The position numbers were made by a program, and so were the translations under genes. This document shows, piece by piece, positions 11,337-21,949 of a stretch of 34,169 nt of DNA. How positions within the stretch are numbered: position 1 is the first letter of the stretch; the number at the start of each line of letters is the position of its first letter. Location of the stretch: the NCBI RefSeq assembly GCF_001194135.2, contig NC_068984.1, positions 114,111,943 through 114,146,111 on the forward strand, written 5' to 3'. The notes below the pieces were generated by a model. That model ran no database searches, had not been told where the DNA came from, and saw only the letters and a program-made list of their open reading frames with translations. This DNA is from Octopus bimaculoides. Taxonomy: Eukaryota.

Positions 11337-11584
11337 GCCTCAGATAAATCTTTAATTTGTTATAAATTCAACAATGACCACCAATATTAACAGACTCGTT
11401 AACATCTTTTCTTTGTATTTTTTTTTCAATGTCATTTAGTTTTTTATCTTGATAAAAATAAATTGGTGAAGTGAAGTGAGCATGAGCAAAATGGATTAGA
11501 AACTCAAATGGTATCTAGAACTGAACTAATTTCTTGATTCTGTATATCATGTGACACCAGTAGTAAAAGCGCAAAATGACTGAC

Positions 11585-11664
11585 CTGGTTGAATATATCT
11601 TCTCTGATTGATGCTGCACTAACTTTACTGGAGCAGTTCATGCAAGTGGCAGTTGCAAAAGAAC
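11585..11664 (-). CDS. SIRT1: SIRT1 exon (80 nt): first CxxC of the zinc module
   Basis: Acceptor tttttgatacag|GT TCT; donor CAG|gtcagt. Reads GSFATATCMNCSSKVSAASIREDIFNQ. Confidence 0.97.
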
Positions 11665-11841
11665 CTGTATCAAAAAATGAATATATAAATAAAAATGAAC
11701 ATGAAATTTCAGGCTGAAAGAATACTCTTAAGAGACCCAAGCTTTCTTAAACAATAGGTAACACCTTAGCTATATTTCTTTGCATCTGACATTTTTGCAA
11801 ATTTTCAAAGTCCAGATTGATTTTTTTTTTTTTTATCAGAT

Positions 11842-12008
11842 AGGCGCAGGAGTGGCTGTGTGGTGAGTAGCTTGCTTACCAGCCACATGGTTCTGGGTTC
11901 ATTCCCACTGCGTGGCACCTTGGGCAAGTGTCTTCTACTATAGCCTCGGGCCAACCAAAGCCTTGTGAGTGGATTTGGTAGACGGAAACTGAAAAAAGCC
12001 TGTCATAT

Positions 12009-12040
<32 letters not shown>

Positions 12041-12264
12041 GTGTGTGTATATGTTTATGTCTGTGTTTGTCCCCCCAACCTCGCTTGACAACCGATGGTG
12101 GTGTGTTTATGTCCCCGTAACTTAGAGGTTCGGCAAAAAGAGACCGATAGAATAAGTACTAGGCTTACAAAGAATAAGTCCTGGGGTCGATTTGCTCGAC
12201 TAAAGGCAGTGCCCCAGCATGGCCACAGCCAAATGACTGAAAAAAAGTAAAAGAGTAAAAGAGT
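11842..12264 (+). mobile_element. SINE family A, full length, inverted relative to the copies at 9062 and 10461
   Basis: Begins aggcgcaggagtggctgtgtgg, ends agtaaaagagtaaaagag. Confidence 0.9.
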
Positions 12265-12296
12265 ATACCCAAGGCATAATTAGCAATGAAATAGTT

Positions 12297-12490
12297 AGTC
12301 AATTAGATTGACCCCGGTATGCAACTGGTACTTAATTTATCAACCCCGAAAGAATGAAAGGCAATTCCGCCAAGGTCAACTTTGCATTTCATCCTTTCGG
12401 GCTCGATAAATCAAATACCAGTTGCGTACTGGAGTCGATCTAATTGACTGGCCCCTCCCCCAAAATTTCAGGCCTTGTGCCTAGAGTAGA
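12297..12490. mobile_element. Two family B fragments fused in inverted orientation (hairpin 12297-12449)
   Basis: Arm 12297-12363 is the reverse complement of 12383-12449 at 57/67 positions. Confidence 0.9.
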
Positions 12491-12973
12491 AAAAAATAGT
12501 TGAGTAGATAAAGTAGCGAGCTATTAAACATACAGGTCTTGAGTTCTAATCTAGTGGACAGGAGAACACTAAATTCTACATGAAGAATATGTATTAACTC
12601 CTCTAGGAATGACATATGTGATGCACTGACAGCCTATCTGTATGGAAATTTAACTCTCATTCCCTAACACACCATAAAAAGTATTGATCATGAAGAAGCT
12701 CTCAGTCTCAGTGTGTGTGTGTGTGTGTGTGTGTTTAGCATCAGCACTGTCCAAAATATAGAAGCAGTACTTATGGCCCTAACTACTGGTGGTGGTGATG
12801 GTGGTTGTAGGGGAGTGGGGGCAGTCACCTTCCAATCAAACTAAAGGAACTGTGTTTCCATTGGTTCTTCAAATTACTAATACCACGTGTGGAATTATGA
12901 AGAAAAATTTAATCCCCCAAAAACACACACAATATACAAGAGAAAGAAAGGACAAATTCAACAAAAGACTCAC

Positions 12974-13121
12974 CATGACACTGGATAACCTTTTTGATGC
13001 CAGCCTGCTGTTCCAAGGTATCGATATTCTGAGTATAATTGTGAAGTAAGCGATTATGGTCTTCAATCAACTTGATAAACTTGTGGCACTTTGAGGGTTC
13101 AAATTGACCGGGATAAATTTC
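12974..13121 (-). CDS. SIRT1: SIRT1 exon (148 nt): YTQNID motif and catalytic His
   Basis: Acceptor ttgtatcccctcag|GAA; donor CAT G|gtgagt. Reads [49 protein letters not shown](G). Confidence 0.97.
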
Positions 13122-13526
13122 CTGAGGGGATACAATGAAATACTTTTTACTCAGATGAAAGAAAAATGTTTTTTATTTATTTATTCTTTTATTCTTTTAC
13201 TTGTTTCGCTTATAGAACTAAGGCTAAACCCTTCAAGGCTGGCACACTGCCTTGAAGGGTTTAGTCAAACCATGACAGTAGATTTGGTAGATAGGAAAAG
13301 TGTGGTGGTGGTGGTGGAGGGGAGGGGTCCCCCAAAATCACTTAAAAGCAGGCACTGGTGTGTTTACGTCCCTGTAACTTAACAGTTTGGCAAAAGAGAC
13401 TGATAGAATAAGTACCAGGCTTGAAAAAAAGTAAGTACTGGGGTTGATTCATTCAACTAAAATTCCTCAAGGCAATGCCCTAGAATGGTCAAAGTTTATA
13501 TACCTATATCTTTCTATCTATCTATC

Positions 13527-13567
<41 letters not shown>

Positions 13568-13752
13568 GTGTGTGTAAGTGTGTGTGTGCCAATGTATACA
13601 TGTACCTATGTGTGTATATATATGTCCATGTATGTGTCTATGTTTATATTTATGCCCTACAACAATCGCTACAGGTAGTGTTGTTGCTGTCACTTCTCCT
13701 ATCAACAATTTCTCTGTTCAATTCACAACTTCACAGACATGTGAAATAACAG

Positions 13753-13814
<62 letters not shown>

Positions 13815-13819
13815 CATAA

Positions 13820-14035
13820 TCCTTTCTACTAAAGGCACAAGGCCTGATATTTGGTGGGAGGGGACTAGTCAATTACATCGACCCCCCAGCATTTCACTGG
13901 TACTTAGTTTATCAACCCCTGAAAGGATGAAAGGCAAAGTCAACCTCGGCAGAATTTGAACTCAGAATGTAACGACAGACAAAATACCACTAAGCATTTT
14001 GCCCGGTGTGTTAACGATTCAGCCAGCTCACTGCC

Positions 14036-14085
<50 letters not shown>

Positions 14086-14498
14086 AATAATAATGATTTC
14101 AAATTTTGGCACAAAGCCGGCAATATCGGGGGACTGGGTGAGTTGATTATATCGACCACAGTACACAACTGTTACTAATTCTATTGACTCTGAATGGATG
14201 AAAGGCATAGTGAGTCTCAACAGAAATTGAACTCAGAATGTAAAAACAGACAAAAATGTTTTTGAAGCATTTTGTCCAGAATGCTACCAATTCTGCAGCT
14301 CACTGCCTTGGTGATGATAATAATGGTTTCAAATTTTGGCACAAGGCCAGCAATTTTGTGAGTCAATTACACTGACCCAGTTCTCAACTGAGACTTATTT
14401 TAACAACCCCAGCAGAATTTGAACTCAAAATATAAAGATGGACAAAAATACCACAAAGCATTTTGTCTGGCATGCTAAGAATTCTGCCAGCTCACTGC
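13820..14498 (-). mobile_element. Three tandem family B SINE copies separated by (AAT)n tracts
   Basis: Copies at about 13820-14035, 14092-14308 and 14325-14498, each with gaatttgaactcagaa and gccagctcactgcc. (AAT)n at about 13753-13820, 14037-14090 and 14530-14567. Confidence 0.85.
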
Positions 14499-14527
14499 TT
14501 TAATAATGATGATGATGGTAATTTCTT

Positions 14528-14570
<43 letters not shown>

Positions 14571-14584
14571 CAAGCGTCACTAAC

Positions 14585-14737
14585 TTTGGCGAACTTAAAA
14601 AATGGCCGAGGATCGTTCCGGAAATAATGGATGTCAAACATTGCTTGAGGATCAGGTAGATCAGGAAAGTCAACAGCTAATCTGGCATAAATGCCATTAC
14701 GCGACCGGAAATCTGGAATACCACAAGATACAGATAC
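14585..14737 (-). CDS. SIRT1: SIRT1 exon (153 nt): NAD-binding and cofactor loop
   Basis: Acceptor ttttcttgcag|GTA; donor AAA|gttagt. Reads VSVSCGIPDFRSRNGIYARLAVDFPDLPDPQAMFDIHYFRNDPRPFFKFAK. Confidence 0.97.
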
Positions 14738-15249
14738 CTGCAAGAAAATTCAATGCCATTTCAAAAGACTTGAAAAAGAAAACAAAACAGTAAGACATAT
14801 TAAATAATTTGGTAATTATTTGTAGACATAACGATGACATCTCCAGAACATTTTATATCTAATACTTACAGAAGATCTTACAGATTACATTCATCATCAT
14901 CATCATTTAAGACTCACATCTTTATTTTTTTTATCCTATGCCAGCATAGGGGAAAAAATAGATACACATACATAAAATTTATGGGTTTTATTAAACAGTT
15001 GTTCTACACCAGTGGTCCAAAACCAATTTTTACTTATGGACCCCTTTGATTACTATTTTCCTTATTTGTAAAATAAACCATTTATATTCTATATAAAATT
15101 TTATGTAGTTTTTACTAAATCACCAATTTACGATGTGGTGTTTATTCTATGACATCACGTCGGAAAGTCACCAGTTTTTTTATGTGTTTATCACAGGTCG
15201 TTGAAGTGTGAGATATACTATATCTTTATTTACACTACATAATTTTACT

Positions 15250-16014
15250 TCACGAATGCTTTTTAGGAATTGACATTTGTTGCATGAGGGAGTTTGATGC
15301 CGCTGTCCTCATCTGCACCTCCTGCCGCAAAGTTGGCTTATCTGGGACACTTGACAGTAAGAGGTCCAGCTTTATTTTGAAGACACCTACATCCACCCCA
15401 TGCAGGTCTCTCAGGTCCTTCAGGAGGATATTGAAGAACTGTGGACCTCTCTAGCCTAGGATATTGCAGTATCTTGTCCTACATCTTGATGGCAAATTTG
15501 GAGTCCTCGGCACTATGCAGTGGTGCTCAGTTCTAATATTTGTGTAACTCTTGATGCCAAAGTTTGGGACAAGTCCCTCCAGGATCTTCCAGATGTATAT
15601 TATGGCATATCTTTCTAACCTACGCTCTAAGGAATAAAATCTTAATCTCCTGAGTTTTTCCCAGCAGCTTTTATGCTGCATAGAGGCTATCTTCTTCATG
15701 TAGCTTCGTTGGATTGCCTCAAGTTCTGAGATTAATTTGACACTAGTTAGTGACCATAGCTGAGAGCAATAGTCAAAGTGGCTTAGAACAAGTGTCTTCC
15801 AGAGCACCATCATGGTTTCCTGATCTCTTGTTCTAAAAGTCCTTAGAATCCACCCGGTCAGTCGCCGGCATTTCATTGACAATTTAGCAACATGAACATG
15901 AAAGCATGCATTATTACTCATGTAAATGCCCAGGTCTCGCACTGTCTCTGCCTCTGGGATTGCAGTCCCTCCAGGTCCAGTGTATTTAATGGGTTCTGCA
16001 TTTAGTCTTGCATG
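15250..16014 (-). mobile_element. CR1/L2-group non-LTR retrotransposon, ORF2 C-terminus, inactivated, cut by assembly gap
   Basis: Reads VRDLGIYMS...GWILRTFRTRD...LWKTLVLSHFDYCSQLWS...LEAIQR...YSLERRLERYAIIYIWKILEGLVPN. In-frame TAG at 15451-15453, then continues RGPQFFNILL...VFKIKLD...AASNSL to TGA at 15250. Confidence 0.88.
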
Positions 16015-16987
16015 NNNNNNNNNNNNNNNNNNNNNNNNNNNNNNNNNNNNNNNNNNNNNNNNNNNNNNNNNNNNNNNNNNNNNNNNNNNNNNNNNNNNNN
16101 NNNNNNNNNNNNNNNNNNNNNNNNNNNNNNNNNNNNNNNNNNNNNNNNNNNNNNNNNNNNNNNNNNNNNNNNNNNNNNNNNNNNNNNNNNNNNNNNNNNN
16201 NNNNNNNNNNNNNNNNNNNNNNNNNNNNNNNNNNNNNNNNNNNNNNNNNNNNNNNNNNNNNNNNNNNNNNNNNNNNNNNNNNNNNNNNNNNNNNNNNNNN
16301 NNNNNNNNNNNNNNNNNNNNNNNNNNNNNNNNNNNNNNNNNNNNNNNNNNNNNNNNNNNNNNNNNNNNNNNNNNNNNNNNNNNNNNNNNNNNNNNNNNNN
16401 NNNNNNNNNNNNNNNNNNNNNNNNNNNNNNNNNNNNNNNNNNNNNNNNNNNNNNNNNNNNNNNNNNNNNNNNNNNNNNNNNNNNNNNNNNNNNNNNNNNN
16501 NNNNNNNNNNNNNNNNNNNNNNNNNNNNNNNNNNNNNNNNNNNNNNNNNNNNNNNNNNNNNNNNNNNNNNNNNNNNNNNNNNNNNNNNNNNNNNNNNNNN
16601 NNNNNNNNNNNNNNNNNNNNNNNNNNNNNNNNNNNNNNNNNNNNNNNNNNNNNNNNNNNNNNNNNNNNNNNNNNNNNNNNNNNNNNNNNNNNNNNNNNNN
16701 NNNNNNNNNNNNNNNNNNNNNNNNNNNNNNNNNNNNNNNNNNNNNNNNNNNNNNNNNNNNNNNNNNNNNNNNNNNNNNNNNNNNNNNNNNNNNNNNNNNN
16801 NNNNNNNNNNNNNNNNNNNNNNNNNNNNNNNNNNNNNNNNNNNNNNNNNNNNNNNNNNNNNNNNNNNNNNNNCAAGGCCCGAGGCTATAGTAGAAGACAC
16901 TTGCCCAAGATGCCACACAGTGGGACTGAACCCGGAACCGTGTGGTAAGCAAGCTACTTACCACACAGCTACTCCTACACACACATC

Positions 16988-17018
<31 letters not shown>

Positions 17019-17052
17019 ATATTATATATATATATATATATATACACACAAT

Positions 17053-17092
<40 letters not shown>

Positions 17093-17339
17093 TATATATA
17101 TGAACACCTTTTCATGATACCGGTATGACTTTAAATCTCTAACAATTCAAAATAATGATTTTTATACTTCTTAATTCTACCTCAGTTCATCTATTTCTAT
17201 ACATTTATCATTACCTTTCATTTGTCATTACCTTTATTTTTTATATATAATGTACATTTTCTCATTTTACTTTTCCCATATGTATACCATGTGTAGTCTC
17301 TTTCCTCTTTGAAACCTATTTCTATTATATCTACTACAT

Positions 17340-18240
17340 ATGTGGAAAATCGGTGTGTGTTTGTTTGTGGCGTTGTTAGCTAACTCCTACATAGTTTTAT
17401 TGATTTTGATGAAATTTGACACATGAGTAGAACTCATGTCTGGAAACCTTGTGACATACTTAGATTGTTGAAAATATTGATAATATGGTCCCTGGAAGGG
17501 ACCTTTATATCTACCTCATACAACTATTTTTTTTTAAACACCCAAGCGAAATAACCCAAACCACCTATACAATATTTTTTTTTAAACACTCAAGAGAAAG
17601 AACCCATTTCCTTGTTTGTGTTTGATTACTTTGAATGTTGATTCTTTTGTGTGTCCTATTTCTAATTTTTGCAGAAACTATCACTTTTATACTTCATTTC
17701 ACACATGACCAGAAACCTCATAACATACTTAGATTGTTGAAAAAAATCGATAATAGGGCCCTTCCAATGGATCCTTTTATCTACTACATATTACTAATAT
17801 TTTATCTAAACAATCCAAGGGAAATAACCCATACCACCTATACAATATTTTTTTTTAAACACTCAAGAGAAAGAACCCATTTCCTTGTTTGTGTTTGATT
17901 ACTTTGAATGTTGATTCTTTTGTGTGTCCTATTTCTAATTTTTGCAGAAACTATCACTTTTATACTTCATTTCACACATGACCTGAACTCAAGTCTGGAA
18001 ACCTCATAACATACTTAGATTGTTGAAAAAAATCGATAATAGGGCCCTTCCAATGGATCCTTTTATCTACTACATATTACTAATATTTTATCTAAACAAT
18101 CCAAGGGAAANNNNNNNNNNNNNNNNNNNNNNNNNNNNNNNNNNNNNNNNNNNNNNNNNNNNNNNNNNNNNNNNNNNNNNNNNNNNNNATATTACTAATA
18201 TTTTATCTAAACAATCCAAGGGAAATAACCCATACCACCT
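17340..18240. repeat. About 273-286-bp tandem repeat next to a gap, within a possible Helentron/HINE-like element
   Basis: ccacctatacaatatt at 17561 and 17834; gaaacctcataacatac at 17712 and 17998; the sequence is repeated again across the 18111-18188 gap. Left part gtgtgtgtttgtttgt...aactcc...gattttgatgaaatttgacac resembles non-autonomous Helentron interiors (weak). Confidence 0.6.
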
Positions 18241-18849
18241 GCAGATTTTAGTTAAGCGATCAATATTTGATTCTCACAATCAGCCGACATGATTCTGCAT
18301 TTCACTACTCACAGTTTTCAACAGCTAAACATTAGTATTGCACTCCCTTAATTTGAATCTTAAACATTAAAGACTTCATTCATACATTTCTATACATACA
18401 TACTTTTTTGAATGCCCATTACTCCGATAATACTGCATTTTTACAGTTACACTTTTTCCATGACAGAAGATATTTTTATTCCACAACGTATTTGTAGTGG
18501 ATTCATGCACGCATAGCGTGGATTCGATCTTTGATCACCAAATTTCCCTTAAAACTTCAACACCGCTTTTCTCACGGTAAAACAATTGTGTTTCTGTGAA
18601 TGACAGCAATTATACATTTCCCAGATGCCTTCGCTAAGCAGAATAATGTCTTTGCCTCGCGCCAACCTCCAGCAATCTCTCCCTCCTCCAGCTGACAGTT
18701 TTTTGTACTTATAAGAATTGTTTTTTTGATAACATAATAGGTTATATAGGATGATGGTTATATTACAATATTACAATAACCAATAATATGTTGTGCAGGT
18801 ATAGTAATATTACGATCATGAAATTAGCATTAGCATATCTCACTCTTTC

Positions 18850-18916
18850 TCACAGAATCTCTAGGATCCTTTTGCAGAACCCTAGGGTTCCAGGGAACCC
18901 CAGTTGAGAAACGCTG
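18850..18916 (-). mobile_element. Single hAT-like terminus (CAGCGTTTCTCAACTGGGGTTCC)
   Basis: TIR-like end at 18916 resembles the MITE TIR at 1932, and the flank ccctaaat resembles that TSD. Partner end not found. Confidence 0.4.
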
Positions 18917-19640
18917 CCCTAAATGTAACTGATTATAAAACTGAAGAAAATCTCATAAAATGTATCATGCCACTCATCCATAATTTTTAAAAACCTAATT
19001 AATAACATCATAAAGGTATTTACAATTCGTCTTAAAATAAATCTTTGATAAAGCAGCTCCTTACTAAAACAATGCCTTACAAGCCAGTAGATGCAAAGAT
19101 GAAATTACCTATACTCCTAACTTCTCCATCCCATTAAGAAGAAGCGTCAAAATATCTTAATGTTCACGGCTTTTATTTCACTAAATGCTAAGTCTAATAT
19201 TGCCAAAACATTTATAATCTTTATCAATAAACACTTCCCCACTGACCAGAAGTACAGAATGTTACTTCATAGACAATCTTAAATGAAATTAGTTGCACCG
19301 CTAATACGAATAATATATCCCATAGACACAACACAAAAGAACTGAGATCAACTGCTCATTTGAAAACACCAACACTTGCCTAATAAATACATCTTATAAA
19401 ACAAAACAGAAATTTGATAAAATTTAAATGATAATTATTGTATGTATGCCATATTTCCAAAGTTACCCCATCATATGACAGGTAACTAATATAGAATAAT
19501 GCATTCAGCTTAGATATACAATAAAATACCAGCACCAATAGCAAAACTTATTGCCTTGATAATCTATTAGATCATTTTTTTTAACAATGATTTTTTAAAA
19601 ATGGTAACTCAGAGAGCATGAAATACTATATGACACTTAC

Positions 19641-19885
19641 CCCAGCACCGGTGAGAACCATTATTTTCTGTGAAGTCTTTAAAAGATGTACAACGTCATC
19701 AATAGTGTTGACATAATTTAATTTCTGCCTTTTCGGTGGTTCCGATATAAAATTCACCAATAAACCCCATAGCGTCATTTCATCAAGATCAGGTGGGATA
19801 AATGTGTCCTGTGAAGTGATTTCTTTGAAGAGCATCCTGGGATCACGACCCATACTCATCTGCCGCTGTACCCAGTTCAATGGCC
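19641..19885 (-). CDS. SIRT1: SIRT1 exon (245 nt): N-terminal STAC-binding-like region to GAG
   Basis: Acceptor ttttttttatag|GG CCA; donor GGG|gtaagt. Reads GPLNWVQRQMSMGRDPRMLFKE...EPPKRQKLNYVNTIDDVVHLLKTSQKIMVLTGAG. Confidence 0.96.
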
Positions 19886-20542
19886 CTATAAAAAAAAATT
19901 GGTTTTTGTTTATGTTTAATGTTTTGCTTATGTTTAATGGCAGTCACTAAATACTAAGTCCTAAGACAGATTTTTGTTGTTTCAATTCAATTTCTCTCGA
20001 CCCTACTTACTGGAAGCAAAAAATACACCCAATACTAAATTATTCAGGCACTGCTTGCTATCTTACCTGCTCTGTCTTGGCCCTTTCCCTCTTCTTTTTA
20101 TTGCTTTCTGGGACACATTCTGGCACTAACCTCACAGACCTATCAGAAGATACAGAATATCTTCCATTAGTCTCTTTCACCTAACTGAGATAGTATTATA
20201 CAAACAGGCCATCTCTGCTTTTTTCAATGTGATTTTATTAAGTTATATTGAAGGCTTTTTTGAGTGGGGTTTACTTTTTTTACAGACACCACTGGTACAA
20301 AACATCTGTCTCAAATACCTTCATTGTCTTCTCCTGCATCACATATGTCTAAGATATTCGTCAGATAACATGCTCGGTGAATACAGGCATAACACTGTTC
20401 TTCCTATATAAGGCCATGTTTCTGGAAAGCTGTCGCAAATACATTCCAAACGCAATAAATTGAAATAAAAAAAAAACTTGCTTGATCAAAGTAAAGGAAT
20501 CATCAGATATTATATCATCTTTATACCCATTTTTGCGTGGAA

Positions 20543-20875
20543 GTGCAATGGCCCAGTGGTTCGGGCAGCAGACTCGCGGTCATAGGATCGCGGTTTTGAT
20601 TCCCAGACTGGGCGTTGTGAATGTTTATTGAGCGAAAACACCTAAAGCTCCACGAGGCTCTGGCAGGGGATGGTGGCGAACCCAGCTGTACTCTTTCACC
20701 ACAACTGTCTTTCACTCTTACTTCCTGTTTCTGTTGTGCCTGTAATTCAAAGGGTCAGCCTTGTCACACTGTGTCACGCTGAATATCCCCGAGAACTACG
20801 TTAAGGGTACACGTGTCTGTGGAGTGCTCAGCCATTTACACGTTAATTTCACGAGCAGGATGTTCCAACAACAAC
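20543..20875 (+). mobile_element. tRNA-derived SINE family E
   Basis: Pol III A box TGGCCCAGTGG (20549-20559) and B box GGTTTTGATTCC (20592-20603), followed by a non-tRNA body. Confidence 0.7.
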
Positions 20876-21179
20876 CCATTTATGCATATTATGGTTTAAC
20901 ATAAAATTCATTACATTCATCAAAACGTACCCAAAACTAAGAACAGTCAAATTTTTTCTAGCTAAAGTTCACTCACAAGGCTTTGGTTGACTGGTGGCTA
21001 TGGTAGAAGTCACTTGCCCTAAGTACCGTACAGTCAGATTGAAACTGAAACTAAGTTGTTACAAGGTGAACTTCAGGACAATCAACTGAAGAGTCAACAG
21101 TTCAAGCCCAGACACTGACACTGATTTATGTTCACAACCTAGATATTTAGCGCTAAGTAGATGCTTTCAGGTGTATAAT

Positions 21180-21536
21180 TCCCTCCTGTGAGTAGCTAGG
21201 GTAAGGGTAAAGACCTCCTTCAATCATGAATCACCATGGGATTATACCTAGAAAGTCACCTTCCAAGTCCAGGCAAAGTTGTTTATGGAAGACCAGCAGT
21301 TGCCCATGCATACCAGCCTCTCCTCTCCGTGCCACCAATGTTATCCAAGGGAAAGACAAAGCTTAATACAGCTTGGTACCAGTGATGTCACAATTCATTT
21401 CTGCTGCTGAGTGAACTGGAGCAACATGAAATAAAGTGTCTTGCTCAAGGACACAACACACAGCTTGATCCAGGACTCGAACTCACTACCTCATGGTTGT
21501 GAGCCCGACGTTCGAATCATTGAGCCATGCATTTTC
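21180..21536 (-). mobile_element. tRNA-derived SINE family F (GTGTCCTTGAGCAAGACACT core); second fragment at about 23975-24090
   Basis: Minus-strand A box TGGCTCAATGA and B box GAGTTCGAGTCC. The core resembles V/CORE-type SINE domains. Confidence 0.7.
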
Positions 21537-21870
21537 ATAGCTACAATAACCCCGTGTATTTAATTATCTTGTCATGCTGAAAAGAAGGTCATCTATGAAG
21601 AAAAGTTAAATGCTTTACCACGGTGGAAGCCTGATATACGCAACAGCCCTGTGGATGGATCCTTGCAATCCAAAAAATGCTTAGCTCTTTGGAAATGTAA
21701 GAACATCACAATCCATTCTCCTCTGTCCTTCTTTGCAGGTCACAGTCCCCCATGTATACATGTAGAAGCCAACAGGAAAACCTCTTTAGTGTATCTTTTA
21801 TTGTTTAGACATCCTAACAAAACAGCAAGTGACATAAAGAAATAAATGATTTTATATAGTAGATCTTTAC

Positions 21871-21949
21871 CTGAGACAGGCCTCCATGCATCCTCATCTA
21901 AAACTGACAGGTCACTGATTTCACTAACATTATCAAAGTTATCTGCATT
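21871..21949 (-). CDS. SIRT1: SIRT1 small N-terminal exon (79 nt), not in the ORF track
   Basis: Acceptor tttcattacag|AAT; donor TCA G|gtaaag. Reads NADNFDNVSEISDLSVLDEDAWRPVS(G); the phase 1 end fits the next exon. An alternative AG at 21944-21943 would start the exon at 21942. Confidence 0.85.

Noticed and set aside
12600-12720. Possible intronic C/D snoRNA (gtgatgc...ctga)
   Set aside because: The C box is imperfect, there is no terminal stem, and no antisense guide is recognisable.
14695-14697. Asn (AAT) where human has Asp (RSRDG) as another restorative editing site
   Set aside because: Asn is common here in invertebrate SIRT1 (for example fly RSTNG), so there is no reason to invoke editing.
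20543-20620. Possible tRNA genes at A/B-box sites (also the family A, B and F heads)
   Set aside because: No complete cloverleaf or acceptor stem; each continues into a SINE body.
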